A DNA stretch of 40,716 nucleotides from IMG/VR virus record IMGVR_UViG_3300037851_000243, positions 1-40,716 of that record; one strand, given 5' to 3'. This stretch comes from a virus. The first letter of the stretch is position 1. Every line of letters begins with the position of its first letter. The notes under the pieces are model-generated. The model was given only the letters and a program-made list of their open reading frames with translations. It did not search any database and had not been told where the DNA came from. Positions 8,690 through 17,835 of the stretch are shown here, in pieces. Made by a program: the position numbers and the translations under genes.

Positions 8690-9015
8690 TGCAGATCGTC
8701 GGCAAGATCACAGATTGGCAATTGCGATCATGGAAGCCCGGCAAGAAGACATGGATGCGGTACAACGCCGCCACGGATTCCGTCGAGTTCATGGAAGAGT
8801 TCTTCGAAGATGTGCCCTTGCGCGATGCAAAGATCGAACGCGAACTCTCTGAAATGTCATCAGGCCCGCGTGATCTGAAGCCGCTCGCTATCGTTCCGAA
8901 ATCGGTGCAACGCCAGGCGATCCTTGAAGGCTGGGAGGACGACGACAAGCAATGGCGGCGCTGGATAAATGACAGCGACAATCGTTATCTCCGCATAGCC
9001 GGTGGTCGCGTATGA
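8686..9015 (+). CDS. Hypothetical structural-module protein (109 aa)
   Basis: ATGA coupling on both sides. Confidence 0.6.
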   Translation: MMQIVGKITDWQLRSWKPGKKTWMRYNAATDSVEFMEEFFEDVPLRDAKIERELSEMSSGPRDLKPLAIVPKSVQRQAILEGWEDDDKQWRRWINDSDNRYLRIAGGRV

Positions 9016-9650
9016 GCTTCGCGACATACGGCGCTCTCAAGACGCGTGTGGCCAATGAGACGAATCGGACAGATTCGGGGTTCGTCGCGGAGGTGCCGGG
9101 CTTTGTCGCGCTTGCCGAGCAACGTATTTTCCATGGATCAGACGAGCCCATGGAGTCCCGCGCGCTGCGGGTCCGGTTCATGGAGACCCGCGTCACCCTC
9201 GCACTGACGGATGGTGAAGGGTCGCCGCCGGCGGACTTCCTCGAAGCGAAACGGCTTGAATGGCCGTCGGAGCCGAGCAGTCTTCCCGTCTTCCAGCCGC
9301 CGGAGACGTTCTTCCGTCAACGATCGCCGCTGACAACGGGCGGTGCGCTGGCGTTCACGCATGAGGCTGGTAAAATTTATCTGACGCCCAAGCTTACTGG
9401 CACCATGGCGCTGGTATACTACGCAAAACCGCCGCCACTCGTGAACGATGGCGATACAAACTGGCTGTTGATCAATGCGCCGGGCGTGATGTTCCAAGCG
9501 GTGCTGATCGAAGCCTATCGCTATTTGCGGAACGATGCGATGGCGTTGGGATCGTTTGCCGCTTTCAAGGCGGCGATCGACGGCTTGCGGCGCAGTGATC
9601 GAAGCGCACGGGTCTCGGGTTCTTATCTGTATCCGAGGGTCCGCACGTGA
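9012..9650 (+). CDS. Putative head-tail adaptor / tail tubular protein A-like (212 aa)
   Basis: Size and position are equivalent to a podovirus gp11-type adaptor. The gene is coupled to its neighbours. Confidence 0.45.
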   Translation: MSFATYGALKTRVANETNRTDSGFVAEVPGFVALAEQRIFHGSDEPMESRALRVRFMETRVTLALTDGEGSPPADFLEAKRLEWPSEPSSLPVFQPPETFFRQRSPLTTGGALAFTHEAGKIYLTPKLTGTMALVYYAKPPPLVNDGDTNWLLINAPGVMFQAVLIEAYRYLRNDAMALGSFAAFKAAIDGLRRSDRSARVSGSYLYPRVRT

Positions 9651-11122
9651 CACGATCTGTGGCGGCGATTCCCTTGACGCAGTGGGCGCCCGATCTGGCG
9701 CAGACGTCGGGCGCGCAAAGCGAAGCCAAAGGCGTGATTTCAAAGGCGGGCCGGTACACGCCGCTCGGAAGTCTGGTGGCGTACCATCCGAACGCGCGGA
9801 TCGTTGATCCCTGTCAGGCTTGCGTGGCGTTCTATTCGCCTGATGGGGGGTTGGCGACATTCATGGCCGACAAGGGCCGCATTTATCGGCTCGTCAACAA
9901 GGCACCGCTTGATGTCTCTCGAGCTGGGGGCTACGCCGGCGATCCCGATTGGGCGTGGAGTTTCGAGCAGTTTGGCGCGAACGTGCTGGCCTGTCAGCGT
10001 AACGTCCCGCTGCAGCGCATCGAATTGGGCAGTACGGGAACGTTTGCGGACCTGTCCGGCAACCCGCCGCCGGCGGATGGCGTGTTCCGGGTTCGCAATC
10101 ATATGCTGGCGGCAAAGGGGTTGGACCTGTCGTGGTCGGCATTCAACAACATCGAAATATGGGATCCCGATCCCGCTCTAGGATCGGGATCAACGCAGCT
10201 TGGGGCGCAGTTCGGGCAATTCCAGGTTGGCCTTGGTGGCGAAGCCGGCTTCATCTTCCAGGAGCGCGGCGTTTCGCGTCTGACGTACGTTGGACCACCG
10301 ACAACTTGGGTTCTCGACGAAGTGGAACAAGGCCGTGGTTGCATTGGTCCGAAAGCGGCCGTGAAGTGGGGCCGAAACGCAGTCTATGTGAGTGAAGATG
10401 GCTTCTTCCTGTTCGATGGTTTGCAGAGCCAGAGCATCGGCGATAAGACCGTCGACCATTATTTTCAAAGCCGTCTGAACTACTCAGCGCGTCATCGTGT
10501 TTCGATATCGATCGATGGTGCAAACAAGTCGGTAATGATTGCGATCCCAACCGGAACCAGCCTGACGCCGAATGAACTGCTGATCTATTCCTACGCAGAT
10601 CAGCGCTGGACACATGACGATATCCCCGTGCAATTGGTCACAGACATTCCGCGCGAGCCGGTGACGGCCGATGATACGGCCGGATTGATTGCTCTCTTTG
10701 GTTCGGCGGCGACGGAAGCCATCAATGTCAGTCTCGACAACCCTGTGTTTCGAGAAAATCGCCGCCGATGGGCTGCCGTTGATGTCGACGGCACACTGAG
10801 CCTCTTCGAGGGTCCGTCGCGCACTGCCACGCTGGACACGAATTTTGCCGAATTGCAGCCGGGCCGTAAGGCGTACGTCACTGAGATTTGGCCGCAGATC
10901 GACGCCGCGCCAGCCGATGTCACGGCACAAGTCTCGGCAAAGCTGTCGCGGCTCGACGAGGTTGCAACCGTATTCCCCGCTGAAGCGATGACAGCGCTCG
11001 GCAACTGTCCGGCTCGCGTCGATGCGCGGTGGCTGAAGGTGCGCATGTCGATTGCGGCCGGTGCCACATGGACGGAAGCCACAGGCTTTGGCTGGGACGG
11101 GAGTATCAGCGGTGCCCGTTAA
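9647..11122 (+). CDS. Putative tail nozzle / tubular protein B-like (491 aa)
   Basis: GTG start in a GTGA overlap with RBS gaggg 8 nt upstream. The sequence is beta-rich and follows the adaptor-like gene. Confidence 0.45.
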   Translation: MTRSVAAIPLTQWAPDLAQTSGAQSEAKGVISKAGRYTPLGSLVAYHPNARIVDPCQACVAFYSPDGGLATFMADKGRIYRLVNKAPLDVSRAGGYAGDPDWAWSFEQFGANVLACQRNVPLQRIELGSTGTFADLSGNPPPADGVFRVRNHMLAAKGLDLSWSAFNNIEIWDPDPALGSGSTQLGAQFGQFQVGLGGEAGFIFQERGVSRLTYVGPPTTWVLDEVEQGRGCIGPKAAVKWGRNAVYVSEDGFFLFDGLQSQSIGDKTVDHYFQSRLNYSARHRVSISIDGANKSVMIAIPTGTSLTPNELLIYSYADQRWTHDDIPVQLVTDIPREPVTADDTAGLIALFGSAATEAINVSLDNPVFRENRRRWAAVDVDGTLSLFEGPSRTATLDTNFAELQPGRKAYVTEIWPQIDAAPADVTAQVSAKLSRLDEVATVFPAEAMTALGNCPARVDARWLKVRMSIAAGATWTEATGFGWDGSISGAR

Positions 11123-12170
11123 TACGCTTGGAACCGCCGCCGAACAGATTCCAAACCCGCCCGCATCGACGGACCCGCGCACCGTCAATCTGTTCCTACA
11201 GCAACTTGTCGACACGTTGCGGCGCACGCGATCCGCGGATGGGCAAGCGTTATCGGCAACGGCCGAAGCGCAGCTCCTGATTTCTGACGCAATCGAGGCC
11301 TTGCGTAAGGAGGTCGCCGCCGCACAAGAGGTTGTGGAGACACTGGAGCAGTATATTGCAACACTCGATATCGGCGCCCTGACGGCCCAACAGGAGTTCG
11401 AGCTGTCGTTGACGACGCAACGACGGGAGCTGTTTGGGTCGTCCGATGACGTGCTGGGTGCGGCGCTGAGCGAATCCCAAATTGCGGCCGAACGGGCTTT
11501 GGAATCGCGCGTTGAGGCGTTTCACAATGAGGCGGCCATCCGGACAGAGCAAGTGGTCCGTCTGACGGCCGAGGAAAATTTCGCGCAACAAATCACGACG
11601 CTGGTGACGGACCTTGGTGTTGCGAATGCGGCGATTGTCACCGAGCAGACGGCGCGCACGAACGGCGACGCCGCCAACGCCGCGTCCATTAACGCGGTTT
11701 CGACGACGGTAGCCGGGCATACGGCGACGATCGCCACGCAGCAAACCAGTATCAACGGCATCTCGGCAAACTGGACCGTGGCACTGACCGGAAACACCGT
11801 GTCTGGCATGGTACGCCTGGACGGGACTAACAGCCTGTCGAGTTTTGATGTTGTCGCGGATGTGTTTCGTGTGGCGCAACCCGGTGTCGTTGGCGGCGCC
11901 GTGCGCACGGTCTTCGTGATCGGGAACATCAACGGGACGCCGGCGCTCGGGTTCAACGGGGATGCAATTATTGATGGGTCCATTCTGGCGAGCCGCCTGA
12001 ACGTGGCGACATTGAGCGCCATCACCGCGAACATTGGCACGGCAACGGCCGGGCTGATTCGTGACCCGGGTGACGTGTATCAGTTTCGCGTCTCAGATGG
12101 ATGGTTCGGCCGATCCGATGGAACAAGCTTCATCGACATGAAAAACAACATTCTGCAATTTAGCGCATGA
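11112..12170 (+). CDS. Tail fibre-like protein with an N-terminal coiled coil (352 aa)
   Basis: I chose GTG 11112 (RBS gggag, 11099-11103) over the upstream track start. A long helical region is followed by ...FDVVADVFRVAQPG...IIDGSILASRLNVATLSAITANIG, typical of fibre or host-specificity C-termini. Confidence 0.6.
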   Translation: MPVNTLGTAAEQIPNPPASTDPRTVNLFLQQLVDTLRRTRSADGQALSATAEAQLLISDAIEALRKEVAAAQEVVETLEQYIATLDIGALTAQQEFELSLTTQRRELFGSSDDVLGAALSESQIAAERALESRVEAFHNEAAIRTEQVVRLTAEENFAQQITTLVTDLGVANAAIVTEQTARTNGDAANAASINAVSTTVAGHTATIATQQTSINGISANWTVALTGNTVSGMVRLDGTNSLSSFDVVADVFRVAQPGVVGGAVRTVFVIGNINGTPALGFNGDAIIDGSILASRLNVATLSAITANIGTATAGLIRDPGDVYQFRVSDGWFGRSDGTSFIDMKNNILQFSA

Positions 12171-13039
12171 GCACCAGAGTCCGCGCCGAAAACGGCAAAT
12201 TCGCAATTTACACAGTATCCGATCCGGCTTCGACGGACAACGCGCCATTGCAGTATCCGCTGTCGAACGCATCGCGTGTCAAGTTTCATTCGGACCTTGA
12301 CTATCCGCAGATCGTCGACGTGAGAACGGGAAGTGTCACGATACCGGGAGCATCGCCCGGTACATACGGTCTCAACGATTTGAGCCATACCGTTCTGTTC
12401 GCGCATGGCCGTGGGGCAGCACCGATGGTGTTGGCGGAGTTTACCGCGATTGGGGTGCATAATTTGCCAGCACACGCTTGCGGGTCGGTACCGACAGTCA
12501 GTGGGTTCAACTATTCAAGCGGTGAGCAGTATTACGATATCAATAACCCGGTTGTTCGCTGGTTGTCGTTCGGTGCAAACGCATCCGACATTGTCGTGAC
12601 GCACTATTGCGGGTCCGGTTTTTCGCAGCTACCCCCGCTGACGATCTCGTATAAAGTTTGGGTGACGGATTTTTCTGTCGATGGCGCGTCGCCGCCGACG
12701 TATGACAGCGCCGCGCCACTGCTCGGCTTGAATGCTTTCAGCGCGCGCTTTGGAAAAGGTCGGTTTGATTCAACGCGGCGTTATGTCCGCACAGGTGCGC
12801 CATCGCCGGAAACGGTAGTGCCCCAGGCATCGCCCCTGGCTATGCGTCACGAACGGTACCCGCCGAACAATTCCGAGAACCCGACAGTGCAGTACCTTGA
12901 CTATCGCTATGATGGGTATGTGCTGCGACCGGGCGTCGTGAGTACTGGTGGGACTCTGGCGTCGGTAATCCCGGTGTTGGGCGAAACCTACTTCTCCGAA
13001 ACGCGGCCTAACCCAACATCGATACCGATCAGCATATGA
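12167..13039 (+). CDS. Hypothetical tail-associated protein (290 aa)
   Basis: ATGA coupling and position in the tail module. Confidence 0.6.
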   Translation: MSTRVRAENGKFAIYTVSDPASTDNAPLQYPLSNASRVKFHSDLDYPQIVDVRTGSVTIPGASPGTYGLNDLSHTVLFAHGRGAAPMVLAEFTAIGVHNLPAHACGSVPTVSGFNYSSGEQYYDINNPVVRWLSFGANASDIVVTHYCGSGFSQLPPLTISYKVWVTDFSVDGASPPTYDSAAPLLGLNAFSARFGKGRFDSTRRYVRTGAPSPETVVPQASPLAMRHERYPPNNSENPTVQYLDYRYDGYVLRPGVVSTGGTLASVIPVLGETYFSETRPNPTSIPISI

Positions 13040-13554
13040 CAACTGTGCTAACAGCCGGACGCTTGCTCATTACGCGCCCCGATGGTTCGACAGCCTTCGA
13101 CACCGATCAAAAAATGTTTTCGAGTGTCTTCGTGCAAGGCGCTATCGTGGTGCCGCAACGGGCGACCACAAATACGTACGGGACGGCAAGTTACAGCAAT
13201 GTTGACGCCACATACGAACTCGGAAGCGTTCCGGCGGCCATGACGGACGTGATTGGTATGGTGCGATTCACGGCCGCGCTGGCCAGTCAGAAGCAGGTAC
13301 ATGAACAAATTTGGACACAATATAACGGCCTCTACATGAATACGTTTTGGGGCGCTTGGACGGGATCGGGAGGCGTGAAACTGTTGGGTACGCGATACTT
13401 TCGGTTCGAAATCACAAACGGTGCGCTGCGCTGTCGAGAGAAGACGCGAATGACCGGGCTGGATGATCCAAACCATATCGAAAATTGGGTGCATTTGCCT
13501 GTCATTCAAGGTGGAACGTTGCACTACAAACTGTTTTGCGGGTTTTTCAGCTAG
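13036..13554 (+). CDS. Hypothetical tail-associated protein (172 aa)
   Basis: ATGA coupling and position in the tail module. Confidence 0.6.
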   Translation: MTTVLTAGRLLITRPDGSTAFDTDQKMFSSVFVQGAIVVPQRATTNTYGTASYSNVDATYELGSVPAAMTDVIGMVRFTAALASQKQVHEQIWTQYNGLYMNTFWGAWTGSGGVKLLGTRYFRFEITNGALRCREKTRMTGLDDPNHIENWVHLPVIQGGTLHYKLFCGFFS

Positions 13555-13560
13555 GGCGCT

Positions 13561-14874
13561 ATGGCACATCAGAACTGGTATCGGGTCGGCACGATCTCGG
13601 TCACCGCGGGCAGCACAGCCGTCACAGGCACTCTGACGGGTTGGACCGATCAAGTCTCATCCGGCGACCATCTGACGATCGATGGCACCCGTTGGGCAGA
13701 AGTGGCGAGCGTCACCAGCAACACGGCGTTGACGCTGGTGACGCCCTGGTCCGGCCCGACCGCCGCAGGTTCGGCCTATGCCATCGCGCGCGTGTCGCCG
13801 CTGTGGACGTTGGCATCATCCCTCGCGACGCGCGTCGCCGATCTCCTGTCTCGTCTCGTGACGATTTTCACGACATCCGGTGTGCCGTCATCCGCCATCG
13901 GCGCCAATGGTGCCGTGGCGGTCGATACGGCGGCGAAGATCGTCTATTTCAGAGGACTTGGGGGCTGGGACGCCGGCACGGCCTTGGTCGGAACGCAAGG
14001 CCCGGCTGGTACCGATGGCGTTGGTGTGCCAGCCGGTGGCGCGATAAGGCAAGTGCTGCGGAAATCGAGCGCGACCAACTACGCCACCGAATGGGCCACG
14101 GCACGGGACGTGCTCACCGCCACACGCACGTATTACGTGAGCCCAACCGGGAGCGATGCCAACAGCGGTCTTTCCGCCGCGCAGCCGTTCCTGACGATCG
14201 GCAAGGCCTATTCAACCATCGCTGATACGCTCGACCTTGGAGGGCAAACCGTCACCATCCAGCTCGACGATGGAACCTATGCCGCCGGCCTCGCGGTGCA
14301 AAAGCCGTGGGTGGGAGGCGGATCGGTCGTTCTGCAGGGCAACACGACCACGCCAGCGAGCGTCATCATCAATCCCGGCGTCTTCGGCGCTTACGGCGTC
14401 TATGTCAACACCCCGCTTCCTGGGCTGCTCAGCGTGACGGGTGTCAAATTCGTGTGTGCTGCGACCGCCATCCACCACGAATCCACCGGCCTCATCCGCT
14501 TCGGCAAAGTCGACTTCGGCGCTTGCGGCAGCTATCACATCGCAACTGCGGCGCCGGGCGCCAAGATCGAGGCCAACGACGCTTATACGATCTCCGGCGC
14601 AGCCGCCAGCCACTGGCTCGCCAACGGCCAAGGCCTGATCGTCGTCGCCGGGCGAACGGTCACGATTTCAGGCACGCCGGCGTTCGCGGCGGCCTTCGCC
14701 TATGCGACGCGGCTCTCCCAGATTCAAGGGTACTCGAACACGTTCACCGGCACGGCGACGGGCGTGCGCTATCTCGTCGACGGCAACAGCCTGATCTTCA
14801 CGAATGGTGGCGGCACGACCGCCTATCCCGGCAATAGCGCGGGCTCCGCAAGCACGGGAGGTCAGTATGTTTAA
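13561..14874 (+). CDS. Tailspike / receptor-binding protein with a short collagen-like stretch and a beta-helix-type domain (437 aa)
   Basis: Contains GTQGPAGTDGVGVPAGG, then YYVSPTGSDANSGLSAAQPFLTIGKA (the N-cap motif of right-handed beta-helix / pectate-lyase-like proteins) and Gly/Thr/Val-rich beta repeats. Confidence 0.7.
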   Translation: MAHQNWYRVGTISVTAGSTAVTGTLTGWTDQVSSGDHLTIDGTRWAEVASVTSNTALTLVTPWSGPTAAGSAYAIARVSPLWTLASSLATRVADLLSRLVTIFTTSGVPSSAIGANGAVAVDTAAKIVYFRGLGGWDAGTALVGTQGPAGTDGVGVPAGGAIRQVLRKSSATNYATEWATARDVLTATRTYYVSPTGSDANSGLSAAQPFLTIGKAYSTIADTLDLGGQTVTIQLDDGTYAAGLAVQKPWVGGGSVVLQGNTTTPASVIINPGVFGAYGVYVNTPLPGLLSVTGVKFVCAATAIHHESTGLIRFGKVDFGACGSYHIATAAPGAKIEANDAYTISGAAASHWLANGQGLIVVAGRTVTISGTPAFAAAFAYATRLSQIQGYSNTFTGTATGVRYLVDGNSLIFTNGGGTTAYPGNSAGSASTGGQYV

Positions 14875-15196
14875 GATTACCCATGCGGATGGCCATGTTG
14901 AAGAGTGCCTGTTTTTGCCTATGGACCTGCCATTGGGAGCGGCGGTCGAATACATACGCACCCCGAGTGCGGTCGCACTGTGGAAATTGCGGGCGTACTT
15001 GAAGACGGCCAACCAGTTTGATCGTGTCGAAACGACCGTTGCGACTGGATGGGACGCGGTAGTCCGCGAAGAGTGGGAATACGCAGCAGACATCACCCGG
15101 AACGGTCGCTTGATCACGGCGATCCAATCGGCTCTGAGCCTAACGGATGCGCAGGTCGACGCCCTGTTTATGGCTGCCGGCCAGATCCAAGGATGA
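14867..15196 (+). CDS. Hypothetical protein (109 aa)
   Basis: RBS gggagg (14855-14860) precedes ATG 14867. I chose this over the longer track ORF starting at 14804. Confidence 0.55.
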   Translation: MFKITHADGHVEECLFLPMDLPLGAAVEYIRTPSAVALWKLRAYLKTANQFDRVETTVATGWDAVVREEWEYAADITRNGRLITAIQSALSLTDAQVDALFMAAGQIQG

Positions 15197-15654
15197 TTAC
15201 ATGTTCACCGGTTCCAATCGAGTACGTCTCGCAGGAGTGGCCACACGTCGCACGCTGGTTTGACGACGCTGTCGGCTCAAGCGACGGCTGGTGGACGCTT
15301 GATCTTCTGGCGCAGAGGTTGTTGCGGGGTCAGGCGTTGTTGTGGGTCGTGCATGACGCGGGGCAGCGGCTGGCAGCGCTGGTCACGGAGCTTGAGCGAT
15401 GGCCCGATGGCCGCACCGTTCTGGTTATCGCGATCATGGGCGGGGCTGGGCTCGCTGATTGGCTTCACCTGTTGCCGGTGATTGAGTCCTATGGCGTCGA
15501 GGCGGGCGCAACAGCCCTGCAAATTCGCGGCCGTCGCGGGTGGTCTCGAGTGCTCACGCCAGCAGGCTATCAAGAAATGACCGTAACACTGCAAAAGGAC
15601 CTGGATCATGGGATCAAAATCGCGCCAAACGTCGACATCGCATCAGGAAAATAA
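15193..15654 (+). CDS. Hypothetical protein (153 aa)
   Basis: ATG 15193 is in an ATGA overlap with the upstream stop. Composition is coding-like. Confidence 0.55.
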   Translation: MITCSPVPIEYVSQEWPHVARWFDDAVGSSDGWWTLDLLAQRLLRGQALLWVVHDAGQRLAALVTELERWPDGRTVLVIAIMGGAGLADWLHLLPVIESYGVEAGATALQIRGRRGWSRVLTPAGYQEMTVTLQKDLDHGIKIAPNVDIASGK

Positions 15655-16465
15655 CCCATGGGCGCCGGCGCAACCATTGCTCCAGCGCGCGCTTGGTGGG
15701 ATTTCCAACTATCTTGATAGTCCGTTGGCCCACCAAACGTATAGTGGGCCAACACTGGCCGCTCAATCCGACGCGACCCGCCGCGGCCTCGGTATGATGA
15801 CGGCGGGGCGGGGCGCGGATCAATCGTTGGACTACATGTCACGGATGGTCGGCGGTGAGTTTCTCAACGCTGAAAACCCGCATCTGCAGGCGTTGCAGCG
15901 TTCCGTGTCATCGAGCGTGATGCCCGGCATCAATGCGACGTTTTCGCGGGCAGGTATGTCGGGCTCAACGACACATCAAGGTTCATTGGCGCGCGGCCTT
16001 GGCGATGCCATGGCGCCGCACTTGTTCAATCAATTCGAGTCGGAGCGTGGCCGCCAACAGCAAGCCGCCATGGCGCTCCCTGGTATGGAGCATGCGCGCG
16101 GACAACAGCTTATCGGCGCGGGGCAGATGCAGGAAGGCTATGACCAGCGCGTCATCGATGATGCGCGTGCGCGCTTTGAAGCGGAACGCATCGCCGGACT
16201 GAGACCTTACTATGAGACCGTCGATATGATCCGCGGCATCGGCGGCATGGGTGGCACGCAAGACGGCACAAGCACAACGACAACATCACAGCGCCCAAGC
16301 ACCCTTGGTCTCATCGGCGGCGGATTGATGACGGCGGCCGGACTGGCGACGGGCATGCCGGGCCTCATGTCGGGGTTGGGTAGCTTGGGCGGAATGTTTG
16401 GCGGTGGTTCCGCGATGAACAACCCGTACAACACGGGCTGGGCCAATCCGCTGCAGAGGGCCTAA
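15608..16465 (+). CDS. Putative internal virion / ejection protein with a Gly-rich hydrophobic C-terminus (285 aa)
   Basis: The C-terminus reads GLIGGGLMTAAGLATGMPGLMSGLGSLGGMFGGG. Position precedes the other internal proteins. The gene overlaps its upstream neighbour by 47 nt. Confidence 0.55.
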   Translation: MGSKSRQTSTSHQENNPWAPAQPLLQRALGGISNYLDSPLAHQTYSGPTLAAQSDATRRGLGMMTAGRGADQSLDYMSRMVGGEFLNAENPHLQALQRSVSSSVMPGINATFSRAGMSGSTTHQGSLARGLGDAMAPHLFNQFESERGRQQQAAMALPGMEHARGQQLIGAGQMQEGYDQRVIDDARARFEAERIAGLRPYYETVDMIRGIGGMGGTQDGTSTTTTSQRPSTLGLIGGGLMTAAGLATGMPGLMSGLGSLGGMFGGGSAMNNPYNTGWANPLQRA

Positions 16466-16467
16466 CG

Positions 16468-17835
16468 ATGGCGGACGGCATTCTCGGAAATCTTGAGGCG
16501 ATGTTGATGAACCCGCTGACGCTCGGCGGCATCGGCTTGCTCAGTGGCGGTGGTGTGGACGCCATGCAACAAGGCATGAAGAGCGGCGTGGCGTATCGCA
16601 AGGAGCGTCGCTCGGCGGAAGAGATTGAGGCGCGACGCAAGGCGATCCAGGACGCTTTGCAAGGGGGCAAGTTCGCCGGCATGAGTGACGGCGAACGGGC
16701 GATGCTGGCGGCTGATCCCGAGATGGCCAAGAGCGTGTTCCAGACGGTTTACGCGCATCAACTGGACCCGATGACGCCCTATAAAATTCAGCAGTTGCAA
16801 GCACAGACGCAACTCGCGCGCGACCATGGTCGTTACTATCGCGATCTTGTCGGCGTTCGCGCAGCCAATGCTGAGAATACTGCAGAAAGCATGCGCCTTC
16901 GTGAGGCCGAACTTGCACGAAAACAGCAGTGGCTGGACCGCTTCACACGAGACCGCGACGGCAATTTGATGCTCAAGAATAACGGTCCTGTCAGTGCTGA
17001 CGAGCCGGAACCGCGCGGACATGCCAACCCGAGTGGATCGGGACTGTTGCAATTCCGCCAGGACCGCGATGTCCGCGGCTCGCAGCAGGAGGCGCCGGAC
17101 GAGCGAATCGTCGGACGCCATGTCGAGACACAAGGCGGGTCTGTCGATGAGCGTGGTCGTATGGACAATAAACACAGTCTGCCGAACCGGCCGATGCATG
17201 CAAGCGACCCTGGTCTGACAGACGAGACGATTCAAGCCTACTACACAGAGAAATATGGATCGTTGCCCAAAGGCTCGATCTACCGCCGTGACGGCACGGT
17301 TCAGAACCTGATGCAGACCGCTTCAGAGAGGATGAGCAACTACATCGCCAACGACGCCCTGGAAGCCGTGCGGCGTGCGCGGGAGGTCTACAACCGAACC
17401 AGTGGGTTGAGTCAGGCCGCCGGCCATGGCGTCACGCTTCCGTATTTCGGCACGCGGAACCCCGGCGCGTTGGTCTCTAAGAACGCTGAAGATGTCGCGA
17501 TTGCCAGAAAGGAAATGCAATCGGCTGTCCATGACATACTCCGGGTCATGTCTGGCGCGACGGTCAGTGACCGTGAGCGCGACACGTACACAGAGATGTA
17601 CCTGCCAAGAGCCACTGACACGCTGCGGGAGCAGAATTGGAAGATGGACCGTATCGAGAGGTTTTTCTTGCGCTCGCAAATGGCGCGAAAGAACGGTGCC
17701 ACGGATGAAGATATCGCCAAGATGATCCGCGCAGAGATCGGCGCTCAAAACAGTGAGACGTCGCCGCGTCGCAGTGCACCGCGCGCGCCAGCATCACAGC
17801 CTGATAGCGGCTGGTCGATCAAGAGGCTCAACTAA
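16468..17835 (+). CDS. Putative internal virion protein (455 aa)
   Basis: RBS agaggg, a Gly-rich N-terminus (LTLGGIGLLSGGGV) and a helical rest. It lies between two other internal-type proteins. Confidence 0.6.
   Translation: MADGILGNLEAMLMNPLTLGGIGLLSGGGVDAMQQGMKSGVAYRKERRSAEEIEARRKAIQDALQGGKFAGMSDGERAMLAADPEMAKSVFQTVYAHQLDPMTPYKIQQLQAQTQLARDHGRYYRDLVGVRAANAENTAESMRLREAELARKQQWLDRFTRDRDGNLMLKNNGPVSADEPEPRGHANPSGSGLLQFRQDRDVRGSQQEAPDERIVGRHVETQGGSVDERGRMDNKHSLPNRPMHASDPGLTDETIQAYYTEKYGSLPKGSIYRRDGTVQNLMQTASERMSNYIANDALEAVRRAREVYNRTSGLSQAAGHGVTLPYFGTRNPGALVSKNAEDVAIARKEMQSAVHDILRVMSGATVSDRERDTYTEMYLPRATDTLREQNWKMDRIERFFLRSQMARKNGATDEDIAKMIRAEIGAQNSETSPRRSAPRAPASQPDSGWSIKRLN

Noticed and set aside
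13485-14837. Alternative-frame ORFs (13485-14225 and 14307-14837, plus strand; 14212-14631, minus strand) within the tailspike gene
   Set aside because: They are Arg/Gly/His-rich shadow frames. The 13561-14874 frame carries the collagen-like and beta-helix motifs and the operon coupling.
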